The notes below the pieces were generated by a model. The model did not search any database. It was not told the DNA's origin and saw only the letters and a program-made list of their open reading frames with translations. A program made the translations under genes and the position numbers. From assembly GCA_964490125.1 (NCBI GenBank), contig CAZBAJ010000001.1, positions 67,573 through 131,572 on the forward strand: a DNA stretch of 64,000 nt, read 5' to 3'. Numbering within the stretch: position 1 is the first letter of the stretch; every line of letters starts with the position of its first letter. The DNA is from an uncultured Candidatus Saccharibacteria bacterium. GTDB taxonomy: Bacteria; Patescibacteriota; WWE3; UBA101185; UBA10185. Shown piece after piece: positions 35,486 through 45,236 of the stretch.

Positions 35486-37552
35486 TTGATTTATAACGGG
35501 TGTATAGATATGCAAGTACAACAATTACCGATTTACCAATTCTTAGAAGGTACTGGGAAGAGCTTTATAATACCTGTATATCAAAGAGATTATGCTTGGA
35601 CTAGGATTAATTGCCAAAGATTGTGGGATGACCTAGTAGATTTGAAAAACAACGCGAGAGCAGACCACTTTTTAGGTACCCTTGTCACCATCGGAAGCGG
35701 TTTCCAAGAGTACACGGTTATTGATGGTCAGCAGAGATTAACAACAACATCAATTTTACTAATTGCCTTACACACATTTATAAAAAACAAACTGGAAAAA
35801 AATGATGAAGAAAAAATATTATCCGAACAGGTTTTGGACTTTTTGATTAACAAGTATTCACCGGAACAAGATAAAAGAATAAGACTAAAGCCTAATAAAC
35901 AGGATAAGGAGCATTTTGAAAAGCTTTTTACAAACGGAAATGCCGAAAATGTTAATTCAAATATAGTGAGTAACTACAACTTTTTTTATGAAAAAATAAA
36001 GTCTGAAATATTATCCCCAAAAGAAGTATTCGACGCATTTAGAAAATTAAAAATCGTACTTATCGATTTGGTTAGAGGACAAGATGATCCGCAGTTAATT
36101 TTTGAGAGTTTAAACTCAACGGGGGTCGATCTTACTGCAGGAGATCTGATTCGTAATTACATCTTAATGGATTTACAACCCATCGAACAAGAAGGAATGT
36201 ATAAGAATTACTGGCTTAATATCGAAAGGTTAACAGGAAACATTGCAGAGTTCGTCAGAAATTACTTGATTTTTAAAACTAAGACATCGGTAAAAAAGGA
36301 TGATGTTTATACAGTATTTAAAAAATTCTCCTTGGATAATTTTCACAGGGATAAGGAATCCATTTTAAAGGATCTACTATATTACGCTGAAATGTATGGT
36401 TGGTTAGTACAGATAAACAACCATCCCAATAGTGTAGTAAATAATCAATTAAACAGACTTAACAAGCTTGAGTTCACGGTATCGCATCCGTACCTACTGG
36501 ATGTTTTCAGCGATTTAAAGGATGGTATTTTAACCGAACAGGCGGTTAAGGACATTTTAATAACTATTGAAAGCTATGCGTTCAGAAAAATGCTTGTAGA
36601 CAACACCACGCAAGGTTTAAACAAGATGTTTATCACACTTTCTAAGGACATAAAAAAAGAAGCATCTTGGAAAGAAATATATTTAGACATTTTGAATTTT
36701 ATACTTCTAGAAAAAAGAGTTTCCCAAAGATTCCCCAGTGATGATGAATTTGAAGCCGCGTTGATAACAAAAGAGGTTTATAGGCTACAAGCAAAGAACA
36801 GAAACTTTTTGCTAGAATCTTTAGAAAACTATAGTTCTGCTTATCCTGTAAATGTTGACGAATTGACAGTCGAACATATAATGCCCCAAACACTTACAAA
36901 AGAATGGAAAAGTAAATTGGGGGATAATTGGCAAGAATTACATAAAAAATATCTACATACTCTAGGCAATTTAAGTTTAACTGCAAAAAATACAGAGTTA
37001 TCCAATAATACTTTTGAAAATAAACAACAGATTGACTATCAAACCAGCAGATTGAAGTTAAATTTTAAACTGGAAGGTCTTACTGATTGGAATGAGGAGA
37101 AAATAATCGAGAGAGCAAAAGATTTAATAAAAAACGCCATAGATATTTGGCCGTTTCCTAAAACAACATACATCAAACCAATCCCCGAAGAGCAGGTTTT
37201 TGATTTAACCAGCGAAGATAGCTTTAGTGGAAGCAAGCCGTCTTTCCTTTATTTTGAAAACGATGATAGAGGGACTGAATTAAAAACATGGAGAGACTTG
37301 CTTACAAAAGGTTGCAGATTCTTGCATGATTTTTCGCCAACCCAGTTCTTGGAAATGCAGAACAGTCATGAATTTAAATGGTATTTCGACAACCAGAAGC
37401 CGTTAAGGCATCCTTTGGAGTTTATGCCAAATAAGTTTGTTGAAGGAAGTATTAGTGCTAATGGCGTTATCGCTTTTCTTTCAAAAATCTGTGAGAGGTT
37501 AAATTACCCTGCAGAAAACATATCATTTTCTATCAAAAATATAAAAGAATAA
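35486..37552 (+). CDS. DUF262 (ParB/Srx-like NTPase, DGQQR) + DUF1524 (His-Me finger, HIMPQ) protein: GmrSD/SspE/BrxU-like nuclease
   Basis: IDGQQRLTT motif N-terminal, TVEHIMPQT C-terminal; alternative start MQVQQL at 35510. Confidence 0.75.
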   Translation: MIYNGCIDMQVQQLPIYQFLEGTGKSFIIPVYQRDYAWTRINCQRLWDDLVDLKNNARADHFLGTLVTIGSGFQEYTVIDGQQRLTTTSILLIALHTFIKNKLEKNDEEKILSEQVLDFLINKYSPEQDKRIRLKPNKQDKEHFEKLFTNGNAENVNSNIVSNYNFFYEKIKSEILSPKEVFDAFRKLKIVLIDLVRGQDDPQLIFESLNSTGVDLTAGDLIRNYILMDLQPIEQEGMYKNYWLNIERLTGNIAEFVRNYLIFKTKTSVKKDDVYTVFKKFSLDNFHRDKESILKDLLYYAEMYGWLVQINNHPNSVVNNQLNRLNKLEFTVSHPYLLDVFSDLKDGILTEQAVKDILITIESYAFRKMLVDNTTQGLNKMFITLSKDIKKEASWKEIYLDILNFILLEKRVSQRFPSDDEFEAALITKEVYRLQAKNRNFLLESLENYSSAYPVNVDELTVEHIMPQTLTKEWKSKLGDNWQELHKKYLHTLGNLSLTAKNTELSNNTFENKQQIDYQTSRLKLNFKLEGLTDWNEEKIIERAKDLIKNAIDIWPFPKTTYIKPIPEEQVFDLTSEDSFSGSKPSFLYFENDDRGTELKTWRDLLTKGCRFLHDFSPTQFLEMQNSHEFKWYFDNQKPLRHPLEFMPNKFVEGSISANGVIAFLSKICERLNYPAENISFSIKNIKE

Positions 37553-37553
37553 T

Positions 37554-38249
37554 ATGGTGCCAAAATCGATAAGATACTCAAAATTTAACGATATTCATGC
37601 GGTTCTGAGTAAGTCTAAACTTTTGATTGAAAAAATTGAAGAAGAATACAAAAACTCCTTAACATTACAGACTGTTTCTGATGAATTACTAGTGGATATA
37701 AAGGATTATTTAGGTAATCTTCGTTCGGCATTAGACTATCTAAGAGCAAAGGTTTCAGGCCACAATTTTCCAATTTGCAAGACAGAAAAAGAATTTGAAA
37801 ATGCCACAGCCGACCTGCCGGACGAGTTAAAAACCATGTTTAAAAAATTTCAACCTTTTCAAGGAAACGAATGGATTGGGCGGTTCAACATCTTAAATAA
37901 CAAATCAAAACACCTGACCCTTATTCCACAAAAGAGAAAAGAGATTATTGAGACAAGAGTAACCCACCCTAGCGGAGGCGGGGTGAGCTGGTCTCAGGGC
38001 GTGACTTTCGGTAGCGGAGTAAGTGTTATGGGTGTTCCGATTGATCCGCGTACGCAAATGCCGATTCCTAATAATATTGTAAAAACTGAAAGAATTACTT
38101 GGGTTAGTTTTGAGTTTGATAATTCAAATTGCCCAGAATTGCCCCCAGACATTTCTGCCCTCCCGTTTTTAAAACAATGCTTTGGAAATGTTATCCGTGT
38201 AATTTCTGAAATTGAGACCGTGGTAAAGGGGTACGATTTAGATGCTTGA
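37554..38249 (+). CDS. Hypothetical protein (231 aa) translationally coupled to the DUF262/DUF1524 gene
   Basis: Starts 2 nt after upstream stop (TAATATG); end overlaps next GT4 start by 8 nt; no recognisable motif. Confidence 0.5.
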   Translation: MVPKSIRYSKFNDIHAVLSKSKLLIEKIEEEYKNSLTLQTVSDELLVDIKDYLGNLRSALDYLRAKVSGHNFPICKTEKEFENATADLPDELKTMFKKFQPFQGNEWIGRFNILNNKSKHLTLIPQKRKEIIETRVTHPSGGGVSWSQGVTFGSGVSVMGVPIDPRTQMPIPNNIVKTERITWVSFEFDNSNCPELPPDISALPFLKQCFGNVIRVISEIETVVKGYDLDA

Positions 38250-39390
38250 GATTGGACAAAAAAAACCTTACAATAGTAGGTTAAAAATTGGAATAGATGC
38301 CAGGTTTTGGAGTCAGACGGGGGTTGGGCGGTATATCCGCCAGATTGTTGGGGAACTTGCCAAGCTGGACGACAAAAATGATTATGTGGTGTATGTAATG
38401 GCGGAGGATTTTGACAAAGTCGTCCTGCCCGCAAATTTTAAAAAAGTAAAAACTAATATTCGTTGGCACACCTTGTCGGAGCAGTTTATTTTGCCAATCC
38501 TCTACCTTCAAGAAAATCTGGATGTCCTAGTCGTCCTAAATTTTAATGTCCCAATTTTTTACCCCAAAAAGTTTGTTACAACCGTCCACGATTTAACTTT
38601 ACTGCGAACCCGTACCGGTCGCGCAACCCGCCTTCCTTATGCACTTTATCTTATAAAATATCTGGCGGGGTGTTTAACGCATTATGTGGCTATAAAAAGG
38701 TCGGCCAAACTATTTACTGTGTCCAATTATGTCAAGAACGACATTATAAAAACCTTTGGAGTAAAGCCGGAAAAAATTGTTTTGACGCCAAATGCTGTGG
38801 ATCAAAGATTTTATAAAAGGCCGGACGACGAGGTGGTGCGGGTTTTGCAAAAATACGGCTTAGCTAAGCCTTACCTGTTCTATGTGGGCAACGCGTGTAC
38901 GCATAAAAATTTATGGCGGTTGGTGCAGGCGTTTGACATTTTGAGTGAGTCCGAGCCGGATTTGCGTTTGGTTTTAGGCGGTAAGCGGGATTTTAATTAC
39001 GACAATTTGGAGAAGAAGTTTGCGGGGCTAAGGTGTGTGGAAAAGATTAAGTTAATTGGTTTTGTTGACGACGACGATTTGCCGGCTTTATATAGTGGGG
39101 CAAGTTTGTATGTAAATCCATCTATGTACGAAGGTTTTGGCATTCAAATTTTGGAGGCCTACGCTTGCGGATGTAGGGTTGCTTGTTCCAACTCCACTTC
39201 TTTACCAGAAGTTGGTGGGGGTTTGGCGGAGTATTTTGATCCTGTGGATGTTCAAAATATTGCCAATGTAATAAAAAATGCTTTACATAAAGATGCGCCC
39301 GATTTTGAAACCAAAGCTCGTCAGCATGCCGGACGATATTCATGGAAAAGTTCTGCTCAAGCTGTTCTGCAAACCATTCAAAATATATGA
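38242..39390 (+). CDS. Glycosyltransferase family 4
   Basis: YVNPSMYEGFGIQILEAYACG. Confidence 0.75.
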   Translation: MLEIGQKKPYNSRLKIGIDARFWSQTGVGRYIRQIVGELAKLDDKNDYVVYVMAEDFDKVVLPANFKKVKTNIRWHTLSEQFILPILYLQENLDVLVVLNFNVPIFYPKKFVTTVHDLTLLRTRTGRATRLPYALYLIKYLAGCLTHYVAIKRSAKLFTVSNYVKNDIIKTFGVKPEKIVLTPNAVDQRFYKRPDDEVVRVLQKYGLAKPYLFYVGNACTHKNLWRLVQAFDILSESEPDLRLVLGGKRDFNYDNLEKKFAGLRCVEKIKLIGFVDDDDLPALYSGASLYVNPSMYEGFGIQILEAYACGCRVACSNSTSLPEVGGGLAEYFDPVDVQNIANVIKNALHKDAPDFETKARQHAGRYSWKSSAQAVLQTIQNI

Positions 39391-40685
39391 AGATCGCCTT
39401 AGTTTTTGACGACTTAATACAGTTTGGCGGGGCGGAAAGACTCTTGCTTGCCGTCCACGAACTTTACCCAGACGCTCCTGTTTACACATCCTTGGCAAGT
39501 GACGAGTGGATTGCGCGCTGTAAGGAAAAAAACATCCGGTTGGTAACGTCATGGATGCAGGGTCTGCCGTTTAAAAGGTCGCTCAACCGGTTTTACGGAC
39601 TTTTGGGTTTGCACGCCCTGGCTTTTGAGTCGTTTAAATTTGACGACTTTGATGTGGCGATTTCTATTTCTGCCCGATTTGCCCACGGAATTGCTACTAA
39701 ACCCTGCACTTTACACATTTGTTATATGAACTCGCCCGGTAGAATGTTTTGGGAGTCGCAGGATTACTTTGACCGGGAGAATTTTTTGCGGTACGACTTA
39801 GTAAGACGATTGTTTTGGTTTTTTGCCACGCCGTTTTTGTCTTTATTGCGACTTTGTGATTATGCCGGCGCGCGGAGGGTGGACTATTTTATTGCCAATT
39901 CCAAAACTCCGCAGGCGCGTATTGCCAAGTACTACAAGCGCGACTCTTCCATAATTTACCCTTTTGTAGACGACATAGACCAATTAAAGGGGCGCGCCCC
40001 CGTGACGAGCGATTCCGCAGTCCGCCTTGGCGGACGAGGACCTAGCGAGGATGGGGGCGTCGCCCCGTATTATTTAGTAGTCACAAGGTTGAATGCTTGG
40101 AAGCGCGTGGATATCGCTATTGAGGCATGCAAAACAATTGGCGCAAATTTAAAAATCATTGGCGAGGGTCCGGATAGGTTGCGTTTAGAAAAATTGGCGA
40201 CAGGAAATAATAAGATCGCTTCGGCTACGCCTCGCGATGACATTGGGGATAATGGTCAGAGCGATGGTTCTGATGACAATCCGAGAGGAAATCAGACCGA
40301 CAGTCGCGATGATACTAGTATTGACTTTCTGGGCTATGTGAGCGACGAGGAAAAAACCCACGCCATGCAAAATTGCACAGCCCTTATCGTCACTCAGAAA
40401 GAGGATTTTGGCATTACCGCGCTGGAGGCCATGGCGCTAGGAAAACCAGTAATTGCTTACCGAGCTGGTGGCGTGTTAGAAACCGTTATAGAAGGCGTTA
40501 CGGGAGAGTTTTTTGACGCCCAAACCCCGCAGTCGCTCGCCCAAAAATTGTCCTCCTTTACCCCGTCAACCTACAAAGCGCAAGACTGCATCAACCAGTC
40601 GTCCAACTTCTCCAAACAAAAACTTCTTACCAAATTGGACGAGGCAGTCAAAACCCTTTACAATAGAAAAACTAACCTGCCGTAA
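39387..40685 (+). CDS. Glycosyltransferase family 4 with acidic low-complexity insertion
   Basis: GITALEAMALGKPVIAYRAGG; insertion ATGNNKIASATPRDDIGDNGQSDGSDDNPRGNQTDSRDD; start MKIALVF (ATGA overlap). Confidence 0.7.
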   Translation: MKIALVFDDLIQFGGAERLLLAVHELYPDAPVYTSLASDEWIARCKEKNIRLVTSWMQGLPFKRSLNRFYGLLGLHALAFESFKFDDFDVAISISARFAHGIATKPCTLHICYMNSPGRMFWESQDYFDRENFLRYDLVRRLFWFFATPFLSLLRLCDYAGARRVDYFIANSKTPQARIAKYYKRDSSIIYPFVDDIDQLKGRAPVTSDSAVRLGGRGPSEDGGVAPYYLVVTRLNAWKRVDIAIEACKTIGANLKIIGEGPDRLRLEKLATGNNKIASATPRDDIGDNGQSDGSDDNPRGNQTDSRDDTSIDFLGYVSDEEKTHAMQNCTALIVTQKEDFGITALEAMALGKPVIAYRAGGVLETVIEGVTGEFFDAQTPQSLAQKLSSFTPSTYKAQDCINQSSNFSKQKLLTKLDEAVKTLYNRKTNLP

Positions 40686-40688
40686 CTT

Positions 40689-41333
40689 ATGTTATATCCG
40701 GTACTAAAAAGGCTTGTCGACATAGTTGGCTCCATCTTTGCGCTAATTTTGTTTTCTCCCATTATGTTTTTTACCGCCCTGTACATTAAGCTAAAATCGC
40801 CCGGTGGACCGGTTTTTGCCGACATCCCGCTACGCGTGGGTAAGGACGGCAAAGAGTTTAGGTTTTTAAAATTCCGCTCCATGATTCCAGGTGCTCATGA
40901 TTGGTTGGAAAAACACCCCGATTGGATGGAAAAATATAAAGCTAATAATTATAAACTGGATCCTAAGGAAGATCCTCGCATTATTCAAACCGGCTACATT
41001 CACTTTATGCGCAAATCCAGCATAGACGAGCTTCCCCAGTTTATAAATGTCCTGCGGGGAGAGATGAGCATCGTGGGTCCGCGTGCGTATTATCCGTTTG
41101 AAATTAAAGATCAGGCGGTAAAATTTAACATCGCACCCCAAGTCGTCCAAAAAGTAATTTCCGTAAAACCGGGTATAACGGGGGTGTGGCAAGTGGGTGG
41201 GCGGTCAAAGGTAAATTTTGACAAACGCATACAACTTGATGCAGACTATGCAGGTAAGAAATCAATTTTGTACGACATCTTGCTGATTTTAAAAACGCCG
41301 TACGCTGTGGTTACCATGAAAGGAGCCTACTAA
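40689..41333 (+). CDS. Polyprenyl-phosphate sugar-1-phosphate transferase (bacterial sugar transferase, WbaP/CpsE C-terminal type)
   Basis: LKFRSM, IVGPRA, PGITGVWQV motifs; 214 aa. Confidence 0.8.
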   Translation: MLYPVLKRLVDIVGSIFALILFSPIMFFTALYIKLKSPGGPVFADIPLRVGKDGKEFRFLKFRSMIPGAHDWLEKHPDWMEKYKANNYKLDPKEDPRIIQTGYIHFMRKSSIDELPQFINVLRGEMSIVGPRAYYPFEIKDQAVKFNIAPQVVQKVISVKPGITGVWQVGGRSKVNFDKRIQLDADYAGKKSILYDILLILKTPYAVVTMKGAY

Positions 41334-43295
41334 ATGGAACAGAAATTTTGGAAACCTAATATTAAGAATGAAAAAAATAGTGCGACTTTAGCGTCGACTA
41401 ACGGGTCGAACGGGTCTAAACCTAAAAAGGGCATAAAGATTTTAGGGATTACGGGTGGAGTTTTGTTGGTTATTTTGGCGGTAGTGGGCATTTTAGCCTA
41501 CAAATTTGTTATAGATCCGGCTTTGGCTCTAAAAGTTAGGGCGGAAAAATTGCAGGAGGATGGTCAACTTGCTAACAAAGCCTTTTTAGATAGGGACTTG
41601 GTGCTGTTGGAAAAAGTTTTTGTTCAAACCGAGCAGGATATTGAGGGTTTACGACAAGACAGAGATGCTAAGTTTGGTTGGGCTAAAAATTTACCTAAAG
41701 TAAAAGAGTTTTATACCGATACTGAATATTTTTTAAACTCCGCGCTTTACGCAATTGACGCGGGTAGGGAATTTTCCAGAATCATTACACCGTTTGCAGA
41801 CGCGGCTGGACTAAAAGTTGCCGAGGGTCAGGAAACTTCCACATTAAGTTTTGCTGACGCTTTTTCTGCGTGGATTGCCTTAATGCCTAAAGTAGCAAAT
41901 GATATCGACCCTTTGTTAGTTAAAGTCGACAAAGTTGGTACCGAGCTTGCCAAAGTGGACGCCAGTAAATATCCGGAGGAGTTTAGAGGTACACCCATTA
42001 AGTCGAACATTATTTATGCCCAAACCACGCTTTCTACCCTAAGCGATTACGCACCCGACCTTAAGCAAGCTTTGGTAATAGTTCCTAAAATTCTAGGTGT
42101 GGGGGTTGGTGTTCCGGAAAAGCGCTACATGATTATTATGCAAAACAATGCAGAAATGCGTCCTACCGGTGGTTTTTGGACAAATTACGCCACTTTTAAG
42201 ATTAAAAACGCCATGCTGAATTCCGACTTTTCTTCCAAGGATATGTACAGCATAGACTACACCTTGGATGCTATTGACGCATACACGGATTTTTCCATTG
42301 GTATGCCAGCTCCAATTAGGCGGTATCTTATGCTGGAGCGCTGGTTTGCCCGGGATGCCAATTTTTCACCGGATTTTCCAACTTCGGTTGCCGATTTTAT
42401 GAGGTCGTACAATAGAGCAATGCAAATTAATCCTGTGGAGATTAAGCCGGTTGACGGGATTTTTGCCATTGATACCAATGTGGTTAGTGAGCTTCTGGAA
42501 GTTACCGGTCCAGCAACAGTTAACGGCATTAGCTACAACAAAGATAATGTCGTACTGGAATTGGAAAAAATTGCCTCGCTGGCTTTGCGAGAACAGTCAA
42601 ACCGCAAAAAAGTTTTGGGCGACTTAATGGAACGCATGTTAGTAAATGTTTTTGAGTCGGACAAAAATTTGTGGCCAAAGCTTGTTGACAAAGGTGTCGA
42701 CTTGTTAAACAGAAAGCATATTGTTATTTACATGAAGGACCCGGAAACCCAAGCTTTGTTAGAAAAATACAATTTTGCCGGTCGACTTATAGATACGCCA
42801 AACAGTGATTATTTGTCGGTGGTTACCAGTAATTTGGCAGGTGACAAGACCAATTTATTTGTGCGACGGGAAATTACCAGCACGACAACAAATTCCGGCG
42901 GTAAGTGGGCAAGAGAGGTTAAAGTAAAATACACCTACGGACCTGCGGAAGGCGATTACGCCTTGTTTGCGACTACTTATAAAGATTACCTTAGGGTGTA
43001 TGTGCCAAAAGGCTCGACCTTAGTTAGTGTAGAAGGTTCCGACAACGATGATACAGGTAGTGCGGACGAGTTAACTAAAACGGCTTTACACGGTTACATT
43101 ACTTTGGCGCCAGGTGGTACTAAAGAAATAACCTTTAAGTACACTTTGCCTGACGGGGTGGTAAAGCCCGGCGAGTACAAGCTGTATATCCAAAAGCAAG
43201 CCGGCCAGCCGAAGGAAAAATATAACCTAAGTGTCAACGGTAAGCAGTCCACGGTGGAGACGGATGTGGATTATAAGTTTACGGCTAAGATATAG
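41334..43295 (+). CDS. Membrane-anchored extracytoplasmic protein of unknown function (DUF4012-like?)
   Basis: N-terminal TM anchor then 600-aa soluble domain; last gene of glycan cluster. Confidence 0.35.
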   Translation: MEQKFWKPNIKNEKNSATLASTNGSNGSKPKKGIKILGITGGVLLVILAVVGILAYKFVIDPALALKVRAEKLQEDGQLANKAFLDRDLVLLEKVFVQTEQDIEGLRQDRDAKFGWAKNLPKVKEFYTDTEYFLNSALYAIDAGREFSRIITPFADAAGLKVAEGQETSTLSFADAFSAWIALMPKVANDIDPLLVKVDKVGTELAKVDASKYPEEFRGTPIKSNIIYAQTTLSTLSDYAPDLKQALVIVPKILGVGVGVPEKRYMIIMQNNAEMRPTGGFWTNYATFKIKNAMLNSDFSSKDMYSIDYTLDAIDAYTDFSIGMPAPIRRYLMLERWFARDANFSPDFPTSVADFMRSYNRAMQINPVEIKPVDGIFAIDTNVVSELLEVTGPATVNGISYNKDNVVLELEKIASLALREQSNRKKVLGDLMERMLVNVFESDKNLWPKLVDKGVDLLNRKHIVIYMKDPETQALLEKYNFAGRLIDTPNSDYLSVVTSNLAGDKTNLFVRREITSTTTNSGGKWAREVKVKYTYGPAEGDYALFATTYKDYLRVYVPKGSTLVSVEGSDNDDTGSADELTKTALHGYITLAPGGTKEITFKYTLPDGVVKPGEYKLYIQKQAGQPKEKYNLSVNGKQSTVETDVDYKFTAKI

Positions 43296-43344
43296 ATTTT
43301 GGTACGGGTGTTGACAAAACAAACCACTTGTATAAGATATAAAT

Positions 43345-43962
43345 ATGGCAAAAGGTTTTGAAGTACCTAAAGATTATTCTGAACGAACCGAACAGGGTCA
43401 GAGGGCTATAGACGACTACAGGCATTGGATCAAGGGGAGTGGACCCCACTCTAGGTTAGGGATATTCTACAGAAGTGCGAAAACTGCATATGAGCGCGAA
43501 AAGGGCGTGGTCTCCTCTGCAGAATACGCAAGAAGATTCGCCAGGTTTCTTGAAGTATCCCCCCCCGTTGTTCTTACATCTGAAAAAATCGACGATTTAG
43601 ACTATTTGGCTGAATTAATTTCTAGCAAACCAAAATCCATTGTTTGTTTGGATACTAGCGAAAGGTTGCGTTGGGCGATGAGTGATGCACAAGTTAGAGT
43701 TTATCAAGTGGCAACGGATTATGATATCGCATTCACTCCTCCTTTTACCAACGAAGGTTCGCGTGACCCTCTTGGGTTTGATGGTTGCGTTGTAATGTAC
43801 CCTAATGGGATTGAGAGTAACCCAAGTACTGTTCCGAGCATGGAGGCAATGATAGAGGATAGGAGTGTTGCAGAGGCGTGGAAACAGCAGGCGGACGCTT
43901 ATGTCGAGAATAACTGCACATGGAGAGAGTTGGTAGCCGATGTTGTAGAGCAGCCCCAATAG
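43345..43962 (+). CDS. Hypothetical protein (205 aa)
   Basis: ORF only. Confidence 0.35.
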   Translation: MAKGFEVPKDYSERTEQGQRAIDDYRHWIKGSGPHSRLGIFYRSAKTAYEREKGVVSSAEYARRFARFLEVSPPVVLTSEKIDDLDYLAELISSKPKSIVCLDTSERLRWAMSDAQVRVYQVATDYDIAFTPPFTNEGSRDPLGFDGCVVMYPNGIESNPSTVPSMEAMIEDRSVAEAWKQQADAYVENNCTWRELVADVVEQPQ

Positions 43963-44012
43963 AACTCTCTTGTTAAGTAGTATCTCGTTAATTTTTCTTG
44001 TAAAATCTATTA

Positions 44013-44699
44013 ATGATAAGGTCAGAAAGTGTCGAGTGTATTGTGTTAAAGAACCTTAATTACAAAGATTCTGACAAGTTGTACACCCTTTTTTCCCCCG
44101 TTTACGGGAAATTTACCGCTACGGCAAAAGGCGTACGGAGGATTAGTTCCAAACGACTTGGCAGCCTGGATACTCTAAATCTTGTTCAAATCAGCTTTTC
44201 CGAGTCGTCCAGAGGTATAAAAATTATCCACCAGGCGCAGGTTATAGAGTCGCACAAACATTTAAAAAAAGCCATGTCAGGCATAGCTAAAGGCTTGTAC
44301 ATGGCGGAATTGGTACACAGGTTTTTTTACCAAGAAACTTACCAGCACGAGTCGGCGCCCGAGGTTTACGGACTTATTACAAAGTCGCTTGGCAGTTTAA
44401 ACAAATTTTACGCCAAGTATCCGGAAGGCAGTTTTAACTTTGTGCCCGTGCGAATTATGAATCTTTTTGAGTCGCGCTTAATGCGCATTTTGGGTTACGA
44501 AATGAGCTTAGATAACTTTTTGCTGACGCGGTTGGAGCTGGGCGACACGGAAATTGAGTATTTACGGTCGCTTAAAGTAGGGCAGGGTTTTGGCGACTTA
44601 AAGCTGATTCAAGGGGGTCATAAAGCGGGAGATGCGGTAATAAAAGAATATGTTTCCGAGGTTTTGGATGAACGCATTTACTCTAGCAGGTTGTTTTAA
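44013..44699 (+). CDS. recO: DNA repair protein RecO
   Basis: N-terminal OB-fold pattern (ECIVLKNLNYKDSDKLYTLFSPVYGKFTATAKGVRR). Confidence 0.6.
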   Translation: MIRSESVECIVLKNLNYKDSDKLYTLFSPVYGKFTATAKGVRRISSKRLGSLDTLNLVQISFSESSRGIKIIHQAQVIESHKHLKKAMSGIAKGLYMAELVHRFFYQETYQHESAPEVYGLITKSLGSLNKFYAKYPEGSFNFVPVRIMNLFESRLMRILGYEMSLDNFLLTRLELGDTEIEYLRSLKVGQGFGDLKLIQGGHKAGDAVIKEYVSEVLDERIYSSRLF

Positions 44700-44941
44700 A
44701 ATCTTTCGTAAGTTTTTTCCATTATTTCCCGGGCTTTTAAGATACCTTTTAACGATCGCATTTTTTTAGGAACCTTAATCGATCCAGCGTAGTCGAGTAT
44801 ATCTTTCGCCTTTCTTAATATCGCATAACCGCTTTTTTGTTCCAGAATCACTCTATCTCCGGGTTTAAAATCTAAGTGGTGTCTTATTTCTTTTGGCAAA
44901 ATTATATAATTTCTTTTTGTGAGCGTGACAGGATAATTCAT
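44696..44941 (-). CDS. AbrB/MazE-family (SpoVT_AbrB swapped-hairpin) small DNA-binding protein
   Basis: VTLTKRNYIILPKEIRHHLDFKPGDRVIL; no cognate toxin adjacent. Confidence 0.5.
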   Translation of the reverse strand: MNYPVTLTKRNYIILPKEIRHHLDFKPGDRVILEQKSGYAILRKAKDILDYAGSIKVPKKMRSLKGILKAREIMEKTYERF

Positions 44942-45236
44942 ATCCTTACAATTTTACCTTTTCTTTGACATTTTTTCAGCAAGCGTGCTTTAATACGGTG
45001 GTAATGAAAGACTCAAACGATGATGAAAAAGTAACGGGGGGGGAGAAGAGGAACATGAGGATGCTTCAGTTGGGCGGGGAAGCGACGAGCATGCGGGTCG
45101 AGAGAATGAACCCGATAGTTGGCTAAAAGATCTTCAAACACTATTAGGCAAGCGTTTTTCCGGTACGGTAACCGCAGTTGATGGCGATCTATCAATACTA
45201 GATATTGATACCACACCACCGATACGCCACGAAATT

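Noticed and set aside
37994-38434. 146-aa antisense ORF spanning the junction of the 231-aa gene and GT4 gene
   Set aside because: It is antisense to two well-supported tandem coupled genes.
45013-45219. 68-aa minus ORF opposite the G8-tract region
   Set aside because: It overlaps the protein-like open frame of the large plus-strand gene, with no SD.
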